Source: Mobula hypostoma (Eukaryota). Taken from it: a DNA stretch of 64,000 nucleotides. Location: contig NC_086097.1 in NCBI RefSeq assembly GCF_963921235.1, forward strand, positions 80,850,001 through 80,914,000. The letters are read 5' to 3'. Of this stretch, positions 1 through 14,214 are shown one piece after another. The translations under genes were made by a program, and so were the position numbers. The notes beneath the pieces were generated by a model. The model saw only the letters and a program-made list of their open reading frames with translations, had not been told where the DNA came from and did not search any database. The stretch's first letter is position 1. Every line of letters starts with the position of its first letter.

Positions 1-1020
1 AAAAACAATGTCTGGCAGCTCATTCCAGAATGTATCACCTTTTGCATGAAGCTCCTGCTTCTGACGTCCCTTTTAAATCTCTTGCCTCTGATTTTAAACC
101 TATTCCCTGTTGTTTTTAGCAGCCCTCCCTGGGAAAAAGACTACATGCTTTCACCCTATCTATATCCTTCATGACCTTATACATATCTCTGTCAGGTCAT
201 CCCTCAATTTCTTACGTTACAAGGAATGAAGTCCTATTCTTCGCAACCTCTCCTTACAACTGAGGTCCTCAAGTCTAAGCAACATCATGGTAAATCTTCT
301 CTGCATTCTTTCTAGTTTAATACCAGTATTCCATCCACAATGTGACCAAAACTGTACTCAATACTCCAAGAGCAGCCTTACCATTGTCTTATATAAATAA
401 CTGTAACATAATTTCCCAACTCCTTTACTCAGTGCCCTGACTGATGAAAACCAGCATGCCAAATGCCCTCTTCACCACCCTTTCTACACCACTTCAATGA
501 ACTTTAGCCCTGTTCTATAACACTCCTCAGAGCTTTACCATCCAGTGTATAAGTCCTACCTTGATGTAATCTCCCAAAATAGAATAGCTCACATTTATCT
601 GGATTGAAAACTATTTGCCAGTCCTTAGCCTCATAACCGAGTTGATCAAGATCACCCTGCACTAGATCACACTACCTACAACACCTATTTTAATATCGTC
701 CGCAGACTTACTAAACATGCCTTCTACATTCACAACCAAATCATTTATTTAAATTTCAAAGGTACCAGCACTGACCCGCATGGCATACCACTAGACACAG
801 GTCTCCAGCCCAAGAAACAACCGTTGACCATAACCTCTGCTTCCTAACACTGAACCAATCTGCTATCTTCCCTTGAATCTCATGCTATCTAATCTTCCAG
901 ACTAGCCTACAATGAGAGACCTTGTCAAGGGCCTTGCTAAAGTCCATATAGACAGCATTTCACTGATTTACCTTCATCTACTTTCTTGGTTACCTCCTCA
1001 AAGAACCAGAGGTTGTCAGA
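1..1020 (-). mobile_element. Old degraded CR1 LINE, RT/C-terminal part
   Basis: The reverse complement resembles the CR1 LEYCVQFWSP and DFSKAFDKV segments, with many stops. Confidence 0.75.
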
Positions 1021-1370
1021 CACACTATCTTCTATAAAAAACATGAATTATAAATAGAATTTTCAATTCTCATAAAAGATAAACTTTTATTTTTCGCATA
1101 TAGCTCTTGTTCAAAGATAAAATAATAGCTGTTTCCTAACTTAAGTCATCTGATATAATTAAGGAAAAATAATCCTGAAATGTTCATTGGTAATAGACTC
1201 CAACTACTTCATGTAATGAAAAGTGACTGTCAAATTCACTTAAGCTGCTTTTTACAAATTAAATGATGTTTGATTAGCAAGCTTGCTGTCTTCCTCACTC
1301 GATTTATTTCTGCATTTAAAAGATTTTGGAAATAGCAAACTTAATCAAACTCACAGTTTATTTGGTGACA

Positions 1371-2761
1371 TTGGTGACATTCGGTGGTGGGGAAACTGCT
1401 GGAGTCAGTTATCAAGGATGTGATAACAGCACATTTGGAAAGCGGTGAAATGATCGGACAAAGTCAGCATGGATTTGTGAAAGGAAAATCATGTCTGACG
1501 AATCTCATAGAATTTTTTGAGGATGTAACTAGTAGAGTGGATAGGGGAGAACCAGTGAATGTGGAATATTTGGATTTTCAAAAGGCTTTTGACAAGGTTC
1601 CACACAGGAGATTAGTGTGCAAACTTAAAGCACACGGTATTGGGGGTAAGGTATTGATGTGGATAGAGAATTGGTTAGCAGACAGGAAGCAAAGAGTGGG
1701 AATAAAGGGGACCTTTTCAGAATGGCAGGCGGTGACTAGTGGGGTACCGCAAGGCTCAGTGCTGGGACCCCAGTTGTTTACAATATATATTAATGACTTG
1801 GATGAGGGAATTAAATGCAGCATCTCCAAGTTTGCGGATGACATGAAGCTGGGCGGCAGTGTTAGCTGTGAGGAGGATGCTAAGAGGATGCAGGGTGACT
1901 TGGATAGGTTGGGTGAGTGGGCAAATTCATGGCAGATGCAATTTAATGTGGATAAATGTGAAGTTATCCACTTTGGTGGCAAAAATGGGAAAACAGATTA
2001 TTATCTGAATGGTGGCCGATCAGGAAAAGGGGAGGTGCAACGAGACCTGGGTGTCATTATACACCAGTCATTGAAAGTGGGCATGCAGGTACAGCAGGCG
2101 GTGAAAAAGGCAAATGGTATGCTGGCATTTATAGCGAGAGGATTCGAGTACAGGAGCAGGGAGGTACTACTGCAGTTGTACAAGGCCTTGGTGAGACCAC
2201 ACCTGGAGTATTGTGTGCAGTTTTGGTCCCCTAATCTGAGGAAAGACATCTTTGCCATAGAGGGAGTACAAAGAAGGTTCACCAGATTGATTCCTGGGAT
2301 GGCAGGACTTTCATATGAAGAAAGACTGGATGAACTGGGCTTGTACTCGTTGGAATTTAGAAGATTGAGGGGGGATCTGATTGAAACGTATAAGATCCTA
2401 AAGGGATTGGACAGGCTAGATGCAGGAAGATTGTTCCCGATGTTGGGGAAGTCCAGAACGAGGGGCCACAGTTTGAGCATAAAGGGGAAGCCTTTTAGGA
2501 CCGAGATTAGGAAAAACTTCTTCACACAGAGAGTGGTGAATCTGTGGAATTCTCTGCCACAGGAAACAGTTGAGGCCAGATCATTGGCTATATCTAAGAG
2601 GGAGTTAGATATGGCCCTTGTGGCTACGGGGATCAGGGAGTATGGAGGGAAGGCTGGTGCAGGGTTCTGAGTTGGATGATCAGCCATGATCATAATAAAT
2701 GGTGGTGCAGGCTCGAAGGGCCGAATGGCCTACTCCTGCACCTATTTTCTATGTTTTCTAT
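1371..2761 (+). mobile_element. Young 5'-truncated CR1 LINE with an open 428-aa RT/C-terminal frame (1384-2670)
   Basis: Motifs QHGFVKGKSCLTNL, LDFQKAFDKVPH, GVPQGSVLGP, FADD and RPHLEYCVQFWSP are present. The CR1 3' UTR GGGCCGAATGGCCTACTCCTGC ends in a TTTTCTATG-type tail. Confidence 0.95.
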
Positions 2762-2984
2762 TATACTAATGATTACCGAGAATAGAATGATTTATTGCTA
2801 ATATAATTATGCTGTGACTGGAATGGGGTGTTTAAATTTAGGAAATTCATAGACAAAGTAAATTAGTTCTACATTACAGAGTTTTGTGATATTAGAATTG
2901 TCACTCTTACTTAAAGTGGCGAAAGATTCTTAGATTTACGGAAAAGAAGGTATGGTCTCCAAGATTACCACAATCTCACTGTGG

Positions 2985-3602
2985 TTTGGAGGTTTGCATG
3001 CCTAAATAACCCAGAGAGCTATGTTGGCAGGAGTCAGGGCTTTATGCTTTGGATCTAGGAAAGGCCATCATCATCATCATCATCATCATACGTGTCTTGT
3101 CCTATGACGTGGGCAATCATGGTGACCATGATTGTTCTTGGCAATTTTTTTTTTACAGAAGTGGTTTGGTATCGCCTTCTTCTGGGCAGTATCTTTACAA
3201 GACAGGTGACCACACCATTATCAATACACTTTAGAGATTGTCTGCCTGGCATCAGTGATAGCATAACCAGGACTTGTGATATGCATCAGTTGCTCATACG
3301 ACCATCCACCATCTGCTCCCTTGACTTCACGTAGCCCTGATAGGTTGGGGGGGGGGGAGCTAAGCAGGTGCTACACCTTGCTCAAGAAAGACCTGTAGGC
3401 TAGCAGAAGGAAGGAGCACCTTACACCTCCTTTGGTAGAGACATATCTCCACCCTGCCATCCATTAGTAGGGTCACCCATGCCAAACAGATCAATGGTTA
3501 GAGGCCAGACTAAGAGTGGTCCACCAGTCCTCCAGGTTCAGGGGGTTCAGCCCAGGTCTAACAACCCCGATAGGTAAAACAAAGCTGTTAAGGAAACAGC
3601 AG
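2985..3602. mobile_element. Composite of RTE-associated/SINE-like fragments; a minus-strand piece with a (GAT)n tail (about 3060-3465) interrupts a plus-strand repeat
   Basis: (CAT)n tract at 3066-3089. The sequence on either side reads as one continuous repeat. The family assignment is from memory. Confidence 0.4.
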
Positions 3603-4084
3603 ATGCCTATGAGGTCACTGCTCCCCTGAGATCTCCACTCAGAAAGAAGGGTTTAATCATAACCTGTGGGAATTTTGATGGGAGCACTCCCAGTTTATCA
3701 TATCTGCCGCCATTTTACTGCATGTAATCAGAGAAAGGCACCGTGCTTAAAGGTACATTTCCCATGACAACAAACACAATGGCTGCAGTGAGGGACAGAA
3801 AAGCTGGACAGAGTATCACTGTTTTATGAAGGTGACACAATAATGCTAGTGAATGATTTACACTCAGGTGGGAAATCCATAGGTGAAAGAGCAATTCTGG
3901 AAAAAATATTAATGAGAGATGTTAAGGTGACCTCTTGCACTACATATACTCCTTTTAATATTGATACACACACATATTCTATCCTATACTTATCTACTTC
4001 CACACCTCCTGTATCTACTATAGAGAGTTACCAGCCACAGCTTCCAACTTATTAAGAAATTAAGGTATAAGAAAAATCTCAGAT

Positions 4085-6355
4085 TACTTAACTGTAATGT
4101 TAACTCCAGCAGACAAACCAGTGATCAAACGGGTCAAACCAGTTCTAAAGGTGGTGAAAACCTGGTCTGATTATGCATTCTCTGCACTACAGGTCTGCTT
4201 TGAAAACACGAACTGGAGAATGTTCAGAGAGGGTGCTACCTATGGCAACCATGTTAACAGTGAGGAATATGTGGATTCTGTGACCGGCTACATAGAGAAG
4301 TGTCACAAACAAGAGAAAATCTGCAGGTGCTGGAATTCCAAGCAACACACACAAAATGCTGCTGAGTTCCTCCAGCATTTTGTCCATGTTACATAGAGAA
4401 GTGTGTTAAGGATGATACCATCATGAAACGCATTCAGGTGAGGGTAAATCAGAAGCCATGGCTTACGGCAGAGGTCCATGCATAGTTGAGGGATCGTGAT
4501 GCCGTCTTTAGATCGGGAGATGTGACAGCATCAGGAAGGCAAAAGTGGAGCAATCTCAGAGAATTTACAGCCACTTCTGCGATACCAGAGACACGAGATG
4601 CACGTAGCAGGGCATTCAGAGGATTATGGACTACAAGTCTATGCTGCACATCACTGGTGACTTACTCCCAGAGAGGCTGAATGTAGTTGACACCCAGTTT
4701 GATGTGCAGAACAAAGTGCTGGTGAGGAAGGCACCACCCTGGGGAGCAGATACTCCATCCAACTGAAGTTGAGGTGAGGAAGACCCTGGCCAGAGTCAAC
4801 CCATGCAAAGCTGTGGGGCCATATAATATACCAGGTCAGGGTCTGAAAGACTGCACAACCCAGCTAACCGAGGTGCTGACAGATATATTCAACATCTCTC
4901 TGGAGCAATCCATTGTCCCCTCGGTTTTCAAGGCAGGAACCATCATTCCAGTGCCAAAGAAGGCAACAGAAAACTGCCTAAATGACGATTGTCCAATGGC
5001 ACCAACTATTATGAAATGCTTTGAGCGAATGGCCATGGAGCACTTTAAAGCTTTTCCCCGGGCTACATTGGACCCTTTCCAGTTTGCTTATCACTCTAAT
5101 CGATCTACTGATGATGTAATAGCCTCTGCCCTCCACTCTGTCCTGTCCCACCTGGAAAGTGGCATCTCACATATCAGACTGCTGTTTATAGACTTCACTT
5201 CGGCGTTCAACACCATCATACCCCAGAAACTGGTGGGAAAACTGTCCTCACTGGGTCTCAACACCTCCCTCTGTAATTGGATACTGGATTTCTTAACAGT
5301 AAGGTTACAGTCAGTCTGTGTGGGCAACATCATCTCTCTTCCCATTATGCTGAGCACTGGCTGTTCATACTGCTGATGCACGACTGTGTCGCAGGATCCA
5401 GGTCGAACAGTTTCATCCAGTTTGCGGATGACACCACAGTGGTTGGCCTTATCAAGAACGCTGACGAGACAGGATATAAGGAGGAAGTGGAGCGGCAGAC
5501 GGATGGTGTGAGAACAACCTAAGCCTGAATGTGGAGAAGACAAAGGAGATCATTGTGGACTTCAGGAAGGTGCAGACAAACCATCCTTCTCTGCGAATAC
5601 ACAGCTCCTCTGTACAGAGAGTTAAGTGCACCAAGTTCCTGGGAGTTCACTGAACAGATGACCTCACCTGGTCCCTTAATATCACTTCCCTGAGCAAGAA
5701 GGCACAGCAGCACCTCCACCGCCTAAGAAGACTGAGGCAAACAAAGCTCCCAACCCTGCCCGCCCCCCCAACCATCTTAACTGTGTTTTACAAGAGCACC
5801 ATTGAGAGCATCCAGACAAGTTGCATCTCCATCTGGTATGGGAGCAGTCAAGCACCGGACCTTAAGTCCCTACAATGGTCTGCGAGAACAGCTGAGATGA
5901 TCATAGGGGTCTTCCTACCATTCATCGGGAACATTTATCAGGAGCATTGTGTACACAGGACCCTTAGTATTATTAAGGATCCCACCCATCCATCCGTCCA
6001 GCATCCTCTTTGACTTTCTACCATCAGGCAGGAGACTATGGTGTATAAAAACAAGAACGGTCAGGATGGGAAACAGCTTCTTCCCCCCAGGCCATTAGGC
6101 TTCTGAACTCCCGGCCACATTGTATTCAAAGTGTCACTGGTTAATTTGTTCCGTACCTTACAATATTTAATACTAATGTACTTTAGTTTGTTATTTATGT
6201 GTGCATCATTTGTAGATTTTATCCTAACCTCCATAAATGTTATGTGTGCTACTGTGCTTTACACCCTGGTTCAGAGAAATGTTGTCTCATATGTATATAT
6301 ATTATAGAGTTATCTACATGCATATAGTTAAAAGACAATAAACTTGACTTGACTT
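4085..6355 (+). mobile_element. Degraded Rex1/Babar (L2-group) LINE
   Basis: ORF fragments KAVGPYNIPG, LDPFQFAYHSNRSTDD, LFIDFTSAFNTIIP and FADDTTVVGLI. The 3' end is AATAAA(CTTGA)n. Confidence 0.9.
4304..4389. mobile_element. 86-bp two-armed inverted PLE-terminus insertion inside the LINE
   Basis: 15-bp TSD TACATAGAGAAGTGT at 4289-4303 and 4390-4404. The two arms are opposite orientations of the PLE end. Confidence 0.85.
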
Positions 6356-7039
6356 AATATTCTTTTCTTCAAACCCACCGTAGAACCAGAAACTGCTAGG
6401 AAGAGGAGGGAGACCCACTAGATAGGGAGTGGGCCCTCTCAGACAAAGTACCTCACTAGATTGGTTGACTACCACTCCATTGAGATATCCAAAAGCCGTA
6501 CACTAGTCCAAACACATTAGAAGGTGGGTGAGCAGCCTTCAATAAATTCTGAAGCTGTCTTGTGAATTATTTCAAGTGCCCCTTTAAACGATGTCCAAAT
6601 ATACAATGTAACAAGTTATGGTTCTTGTCTTCTGGAGTGACAAAGAGCAATTACTTCCTGGGCCTAGAAATCATCAATTTAGCTGTAACCGTGCTCTTGC
6701 AGGTTTGATGCTGGGAAAATAAAGGATAAGATACATCAGGCACCAGCACTATAGATCCACATTGGGATAATTTCTCTTTACTATTATGCACAGCTCACCA
6801 CTGGTTCATAAATATAGTGGTGATTTTGTGGGCAAACCCTATCAAAGCCTCTCTAAAACATCAAAACTGCTGCAATACCAGACGATTGAAACTCCTTTGA
6901 AATGAAGCTGTCTAAACGTATCCTCAGGGTTGACATTGAAACATTTATCCTGAGATAACGAAAAATGAAATATTATGTTGCTCTTTGTTTCCTTTATTCA
7001 AAACAAGATGCAAATTTAATTACATAAAGCAATAGTCAG

Positions 7040-7708
7040 TGTCGGCAGCATTCTGCGAAACTATCTAAAACTGACAAACTTTCTATAGGTGTGTGGTGGA
7101 GAATATATTGTCCAGCTGCATCACAGCCTGGTATGGAAACACCAATGCCTTTGAATCGTACAAAAAGTAGTGGATACAGTCCAGTCCATCACAGGTAAAC
7201 TCCTCCCCACCACTAAAGGCATCTACATGGAGAGTTGTCGCAAGAAAGCAAAGCCATCATCAGGAACCTCCATGACCCAGGTTATGCTCTCTTTTCGCTG
7301 CTGTCATCAGGAAGAAGGTACTGAAGCCTCAGGTCTAACACCACCAGATTCAGGAACAGTTATTACCCTTCAATCTTCAGGCTCTTGAACTCGAGGGGAT
7401 AACTTCACTCAATTTCACTTGCCCCATCGCTGAACTGTTCCCATAACCAGTAATCTCACTTTCAAGGACTCTTCTTCCCATGTTCTTGATATTTATTCTT
7501 ATTTTATAAATTATTATTATTTCTTTTTTTTCTTTTGTATTTACTCTATTTGTCGACATTTGCACACTGGTTGTCTACCCTGTTCAGTAGAGTCTTTCGC
7601 TGATTCTATCACAGTTATTGGATTTATTGAGTATGCCCACAAGAAAATGAATCTCAGGGTTATATATAGTAACATACATGTATTTTGATAATAAATTTAC
7701 TTTGAACT
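7040..7708 (+). mobile_element. Rex/L2-group LINE 3' fragment
   Basis: A SCITAWYGN-like segment, an LLPSGRRYR-like segment, and a tail AATAAATTTACTTTGAAC. Related tails occur at about 35265-35715 and 37465-37745. Confidence 0.75.
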
Positions 7709-9691
7709 ATCAACACAGGGTCTGTAAGGGGTGTGATGGTAGAAATAGCTTTAAGAATTTCAATCGTGTAAATTCACTATAAATACAGTTTGTCCGTAAA
7801 TCAAAACATGGAAAAAACAAAATGCAGGCCCCAAGCCTAATGAATTCAATGCAGTTGTAGTTTCAGCTCCTCTGTATCATTGTTAAAAAAAAAATAACCC
7901 TTTATCCTTGCGATGTCTGACAGTCATGACCTCTATGTGCAATGACTGGTTGAGGGCATAGGGTAACTGTTATATGGCAATATTCATAATCTAGGGGTAG
8001 ACGTCAGGCATCAGGAAAACATGATGAAGCCCTGAAAAGAGCCAACTAAACCATCACATGACAGCTTACTGCAAGGAGATTTTCTATCAATCCCATTGTT
8101 TCTCCCCCTGTATTTTTCCTGTTCAGTAATGTGAAAATAGAAGAAGAATAAGTGAAGCTGATACTCACATGCTTGCTTTCTAACATAACAACAGACTCTG
8201 ATACAATACACGTTGCTTCCATCTCCCTTGTAAGGAAATCAAACAGTTTTGAAGACATCCTTTGTTGACACTGGAGTCTTATGTTTTAGAAAGCCACCTC
8301 TAGAGTATATATTTCATACTCAATTACTACTTTAGACCTGGCAGGAATATTAGAGCCGCATATCCATCCCTTAAGGTAATAGTGCTTTTTTAAAAACTAA
8401 ATGTGCACATTTAAAGATTTCTTCATGTGAGAATTGGCATAAAAGTATCTTGAAAATGAACAAACTTCATGCTCTGAGTTCAAAACAGTGTTACTGGCAG
8501 TAAATAACTACTCTGCAGCATTTCCCCTCGAGTCTTTATTAATTTGCTCACTTCTTCAGAATTTCACCTAATCAGCCGCTTTAAATTTCCAATTTCAGAA
8601 ACTTCAAATGTGATTAAAGACTGGTGCTATTCTTCTCTTCACAGGATCATCAAAAGCCTCGTACTGCATGTATCTGCACGGACTAGGAATACATTATCAG
8701 CATCAAGATGCTGTTAGGTTTCTTAAAAGCAGCTCTGAATACTTTTCCTAAAGCATCTATTATAGTTTTGGGTTCCCTTGTGCATCATATTCAATAGTCA
8801 GATGGTAACATCTGACAACACAGTACAGTCTTTATGATCAAACATCTATTCTATTTGATTTCTTTGCCTTTAAGAGTGTGAGCCTGAGAATATGCAATTA
8901 TCTTACTTAGTAGTGGGAGTTTGACTTTATTCTCATATTCATTTTCAATAAGATGCTAATATTTACAATATAAATTTGACGAGCTAACACATTTAGCTCA
9001 TTCACGCCAAAAAGCTTTGGACAATCAAAAGATCGGAAAGCAAGTGTGATTTATAAAGTGAAGTTTATCTGAAGTCTTGCAAGACCTTCTGAAGTTAGTC
9101 AAGGCTCTTCGAACAGAACAGTGAAAACTAACAATCCAGATTTCACAATTCTTTGATAATCGAACATCAGCTTATGTTTGATCCTCGCTCAAGGAATATC
9201 TTTCTTTGTTCATCACCTGAATAGTCAAACAGCTTTTCAGTGTTAACCACCTCCAGAAACATGAACAGCCATGTTAGTGATTACATCCGAGCACATAATA
9301 AACTGAAGTGGGCCAACAGTATCTTGAACCTACTACATCATTTAAAAGGATTACAATTGATTTTATTGTTGACCTCAGCTCTGCTTTCCTGCCTGAACAC
9401 TATAATCCTTGTTTTTTCTTTCAATTTAGAATCTATCACAGCCTGAATTCTGCTTGTGCAGTTCTCCAGAGTAGATCACAGATCTCTGAGAAAAAATTCT
9501 TGGCCTTCTCAATTCTAAGTGGGATTCTCCCTTACCCTGAGTCCTGGTTCTTAATTCTCCAACTCAGAGAACATACCCTATAGCAATTAACCAGAATCTA
9601 ATAAACTTAAAGAGGATAATTTCACATTCTTCTAAACTCCAATGACAATAGGACAATAATGATCGTTCCCTCCTTACTCCTTTATTCAAGC

Positions 9692-11204
9692 ATTAGCTAC
9701 ACAAACAAAATGGTGGAGGAGCTCAGCAAGTCTGGCAGCATCTAAGGAACTAAATAACAGTTGATGTTTCAGCCAAGATGCTTCGTCAGTACTGGAAAGG
9801 AAAGAGGAAGTACTTAGAAATATGAAGGCAGGGGGAGGGAAGGAGTACAAGCTCAAAGGTGATAGGAGAAGGCAGGTGGATGGGGGAGGGGTGAAGTAAG
9901 AAGCTGGGAGGTGATAGGTGGAAAAGTTAAAGAGCTGGAGAAGAAGGTATCTGAGTGGAGAGGAAAATGGACCACATGAGAAAGGGAAATGGGGGGGCAC
10001 CAGGATGAAGTGATAGTCAGGTGAAGAGAAGAGGTAAGAGGGGGAGCCAGAGTGGGGATTTGAAGAAGAGGGAAGGGGTAGGAGGAAAACTACCAAAAGT
10101 TAGAAAATTCAATGTTTATGCCATTAGATTGCAGGCTATCCAGATGGAATATGAGATGTTGTTCCTCCAACTAGAGGGCGACCTCATTGTGACTGTACAG
10201 GAGGTCAAGGACAATATGTCGGAATGGGAAATGGGATTGAAATTAAAATGGTTGGCCACCGGGAAATCCTGCTTTTTTGCAAGTGGAGAGAAGATGCTCA
10301 ACAATGCAGTCCCCCAATCTACGTTGGGTCTCTTCAATGTAGAGGAGGCCATACTGGGAGCACTGGAAACAGTAGGTGACCCCAACAGATTTGCAAGTGA
10401 AGTGTTTCGTCACTTGGAAGTTCTGTTTGGGGCAGGAGATGAATGGTCCGGTATAGCACTTCCACTTGCAGGGATAAGTGGCACAAGGAAAATTAGTGGG
10501 GAGGGGCAAAAATTAGTGGGGAGGGACAAATTATAGAAGGAGCGATCCCTATAGAAACGAGAGAATGGGGGTGGTAGAGAGCTAAAGAGGTAAAGATGTG
10601 TTTGGTAGTGGGGTCCCATTGAAGCTGGCAGAAATTGCAGAGGATGACGTGCTGGATGCGGAGGCATAAGGAGTGATAGGTGAGGACAAGAAGAACTTTA
10701 TCCCTGTAAGGGCAGTGTGAAGATGATGTGAGGGTAGATGTCCATGAAATGGAAGAAATCTGAGTGAGGGCAACATCAGTGGTGGAGGAAGGGGAAGCCG
10801 ATCGTTGAAGAAGATCATTTCTGATATCCTGGGAAGGAAAGCCTTAACCTGGCACAAATGCTGCGGAGACAAAGAAACTGAGAAAAGAGAATGGCATTTT
10901 TACAGGAGGCAAGATGGTAGGAAGTATAGTCAAGATAGCTGTGGGATCAGTAGGTTTATAAAAGATAATGGTAGACAATTTGAAGCCAGAGATGGAGAGA
11001 AAGATCAAGAAAGGAGAGAGAGGTGTCAGAAATGGACCTAGTGAATTTAAGGGCAGGGTAGAAGTTAGAAGCAAAGTTGTTAAAATTAATTAGCGCAGCA
11101 TGGGTGAATGAAACAGCACCAATGCAGTCATTAGTAGAATATAGACAGAGTTGGGAGCATTACCAGTGAAGGCTTGAAACATGGCCTGTTCCAAGCAGCC
11201 AGTA
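9692..11204 (-). mobile_element. Penelope-like element remnant (RT C-terminus, GIY-YIG endonuclease, pyrimidine-rich 3' region, hammerhead terminus)
   Basis: ORF CKSVGVTYCFQCSQYGLLYIEETQRRLGDCIVEHL is GIY-YIG-like. A decayed YIDD-region lies near 11130. The terminus matches other PLE ends. The element appears to resume at about 12653-12695, after a CR1 insertion. Confidence 0.85.
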
Positions 11205-12652
11205 GAAAATGAGGCAGGAGAAATAATAACAGGGGACAAAGGAGGTGGCTGATGAACTAAATGAGTATTTTGCATCAGTCTTCACTGTGGAAGACACTAG
11301 CAGTATGCCTGATGTTGTAGTGTGTGAAAGAAGAGAAGTGGGTGCAGTTACTGTTACAAGAGAGAAGGTGCTCAAAAATCTGAAAGACCTAAAGGTACAT
11401 AAGTCACCCGGACCAAAGGAACTGCACCCTAGGGTTCTAAAATAGGCAGCGTTAAAGATTGTGGTGGCATTAGAATGATCTTTCAAAAATCATTGAACTC
11501 TGGCATGGTGCTAGAGGACTGGAAAATTGCAAATGTCACTCCACTTTCTAAGAAAGGTGAAAGGCAGCAGACCAGTTGGCCTGACCTCAGTGGTTGTGAA
11601 GATGTTAGAGTCAACTGTTAAGGATGAGGTGATGGAGTACTTGGTGACACAGGACAAGATAATACAAAGTCAGCATGGTTTCCTTCAGGGAAAATCCTGC
11701 CTGACGAACCTGTTGGAATTCTTTGAGGAGATTACAATAGGATAGATAAAGGGGATGCAATGGATGTTGTATATTTGGGCTTTCAGAATGCTTTTGACAA
11801 GGTGCCACACATGAGGCTGCTTACAATATTGGAAAATGCATGGTCATGCACTTTGGTAGTAGATATAAATATGCGAACATTTTCTAAATGGGGAGAAAAT
11901 CCAGGAATCTGAGATGCAGAGGGACTTAGGAGTCTTTGTGCAGAACACCCTGAAGGTTAACTTGCAGGCTGAGTCAGTGGTGAGGAAGGCAAGTGCCATG
12001 TTAGCATTCATTTCAAGAGGTTTAGAATACAAAAGCAAGGATGTGATGCTGAGGTCTTTATAAGGCACTGGTGAGGCCTCACCTTGAGTATCGTGAACTG
12101 TTTTGGGTCCCTCATCTTAGAAAAGATGTGCTGGAATTGGAAACGGTCCAGAGGAGGTTCACAAGGATGATTCCTGGAATGAAAGGGTTATTATACAAGG
12201 AACGTTTGATGGCTCTGGGTCTGTACTCGCTGGAATTCAGAAGGATGAGGGGGTACCTCATTGAAACCTTTCGAATGTTGAAAAGCCTAGACAGAGTAGA
12301 TGTGGAAAGAATGTTTCCCATGGTGGGAAAGTCCAGGACAAGAGGGCACAGCCTTAGGATAGGGGGCGCCCTTTCAAAGCAGAGATGCAGAGAAATTTCT
12401 CTAGCCAAAGGGTGGTGAACTTGCAGAATTTGTTGCCACATGCAGCTGTGGAGGCCAGGTCGTTAGGCGTATTTAAGGCAGAGATTGATAGGTTCTTGAT
12501 TGGACATGGCATCAGAGGTTATGGGAAGAAGGCCAGGAACTGGGGTTGAGGAGGAGATAGAAAAAAAAGGATCAGCCATAATTGAATGGCGGAGCAGACA
12601 TGATGGGCCAAATAGCCTAATTCTGTTCCTATGTTTTATGGTCTATGGTCTT
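11205..12652 (+). mobile_element. CR1 LINE, 5'-truncated and internally deleted, inserted into the PLE
   Basis: Segments ELNEYFASVFTVED, QHGFLQGKSCLTNL and RPHLEY are present. The sequence jumps from DKVPHMRLL to KCMVMHFG near 11825, so the RT core is missing. The tail is (TATGGTC)n. Confidence 0.9.
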
Positions 12653-14040
12653 TAGTAGCCAACAAATGACAGGAATATTTGGCGCCCATGCCTATGCTCA
12701 GTTAATTTTCTTTGTATCACCTCCAAAACTGAACATGGCATTCTACATTTAATTGTTTTACTACACAGAACAAAGTGGTGGTGCATAGGCAGTAGTAATT
12801 AACAATTGCAATGACTCATACCCTTCACTGCTAGATGGCTATCCCAGGAGTAAATTAATTCTCACTTACAATGCTTCCTGCCAGTTACACAACAGTAACC
12901 AGATATAATCATAAGCAATTATAGGTTCAAGAGTACTATTTGCAAAATCATAATTAACTATCACGAAATGGCTATCATAAAATGTTTTCTTGGGTGACCT
13001 TGCCATCAATGATAAGCACAGGTGATCTGTTAACTGTCACACAAACTCCTGGTTGACAGGACAAACATAATTAGAGTGCCAGTTCAAATCACATCACCAG
13101 TGGTACATAACTTCAGGAAAACTCAGTACATATATTAATATACTTTAAAATACATAGCACAAGGACATCAGAGGATTACATCTCAACCATTCATGAATGC
13201 AGAGAGAGAATTGGTCAAAACAACTTGATCATACAGAAGTTCCATAAGGAGCATGCCATGAGAACTTGCTATTTCCAAACATGGCCAAATAAAAAAGTTT
13301 GGGCATTTTTTTAAAAATACCAATGTGATACCCACCTCCACGTAATAGACATAATAAATTTGTCACAATCACTTGGCAGATATCAGAATGCATTCCACTT
13401 TTGTCGTGCCATGCAAACCTTTTCACGACATATGCAAACAACTTGCTTGAGTAAACAGGTTCTAATATCAAACCTAACCCGCACACATATAGGCGCCATT
13501 TCACGACCAGGGACCTGCGACAGAGCATACACTCGAAACCACTCCAGTCTGTCCCTAGCAGAGAACATAGAATAGTACTGCACAGGAGCAGCCCCTTCTA
13601 CACACCGTGTCTGTACTACTGATGATGCCAATTTAATTTAATACCACCTGCCTGAATATCGTCAATTCCCTGGCCTCTTGAAGATGCTATCATAATCATA
13701 AAGCACCTTAAAGGAATATGGAATTAAAGGTCCAGGTATATGTATAATCTAACTGTAATGTAACCTTCAAAAGTGTACATCTTGTGCAAGACCCAGAAAG
13801 TGACAAGACATTTCTTATTCCAGGGAAATCCTAACTACTTTTTTCAGGAAGCCCGCTGATGTAAGGAAATACATAGTTTATAAGAAGTTTCTCCTGTTTC
13901 TTTGATCTCTAGCTAGCATCAATCTCATTCTTTATTGAAATGATTTAATATTAGGAGTTTTGGCTGTGCCGGAGAGATCGCCTGCGTGATAATGCACACT
14001 GGTTGCTGTTTTTTTGGTTAGACATTTTATTTAGCTTTCA

Positions 14041-14214
<174 letters not shown>

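Noticed and set aside
1578..2693. Long minus-strand ORFs (134 and 230 aa)
   Set aside because: They are antisense shadows of the CR1 RT frame with no independent protein features.
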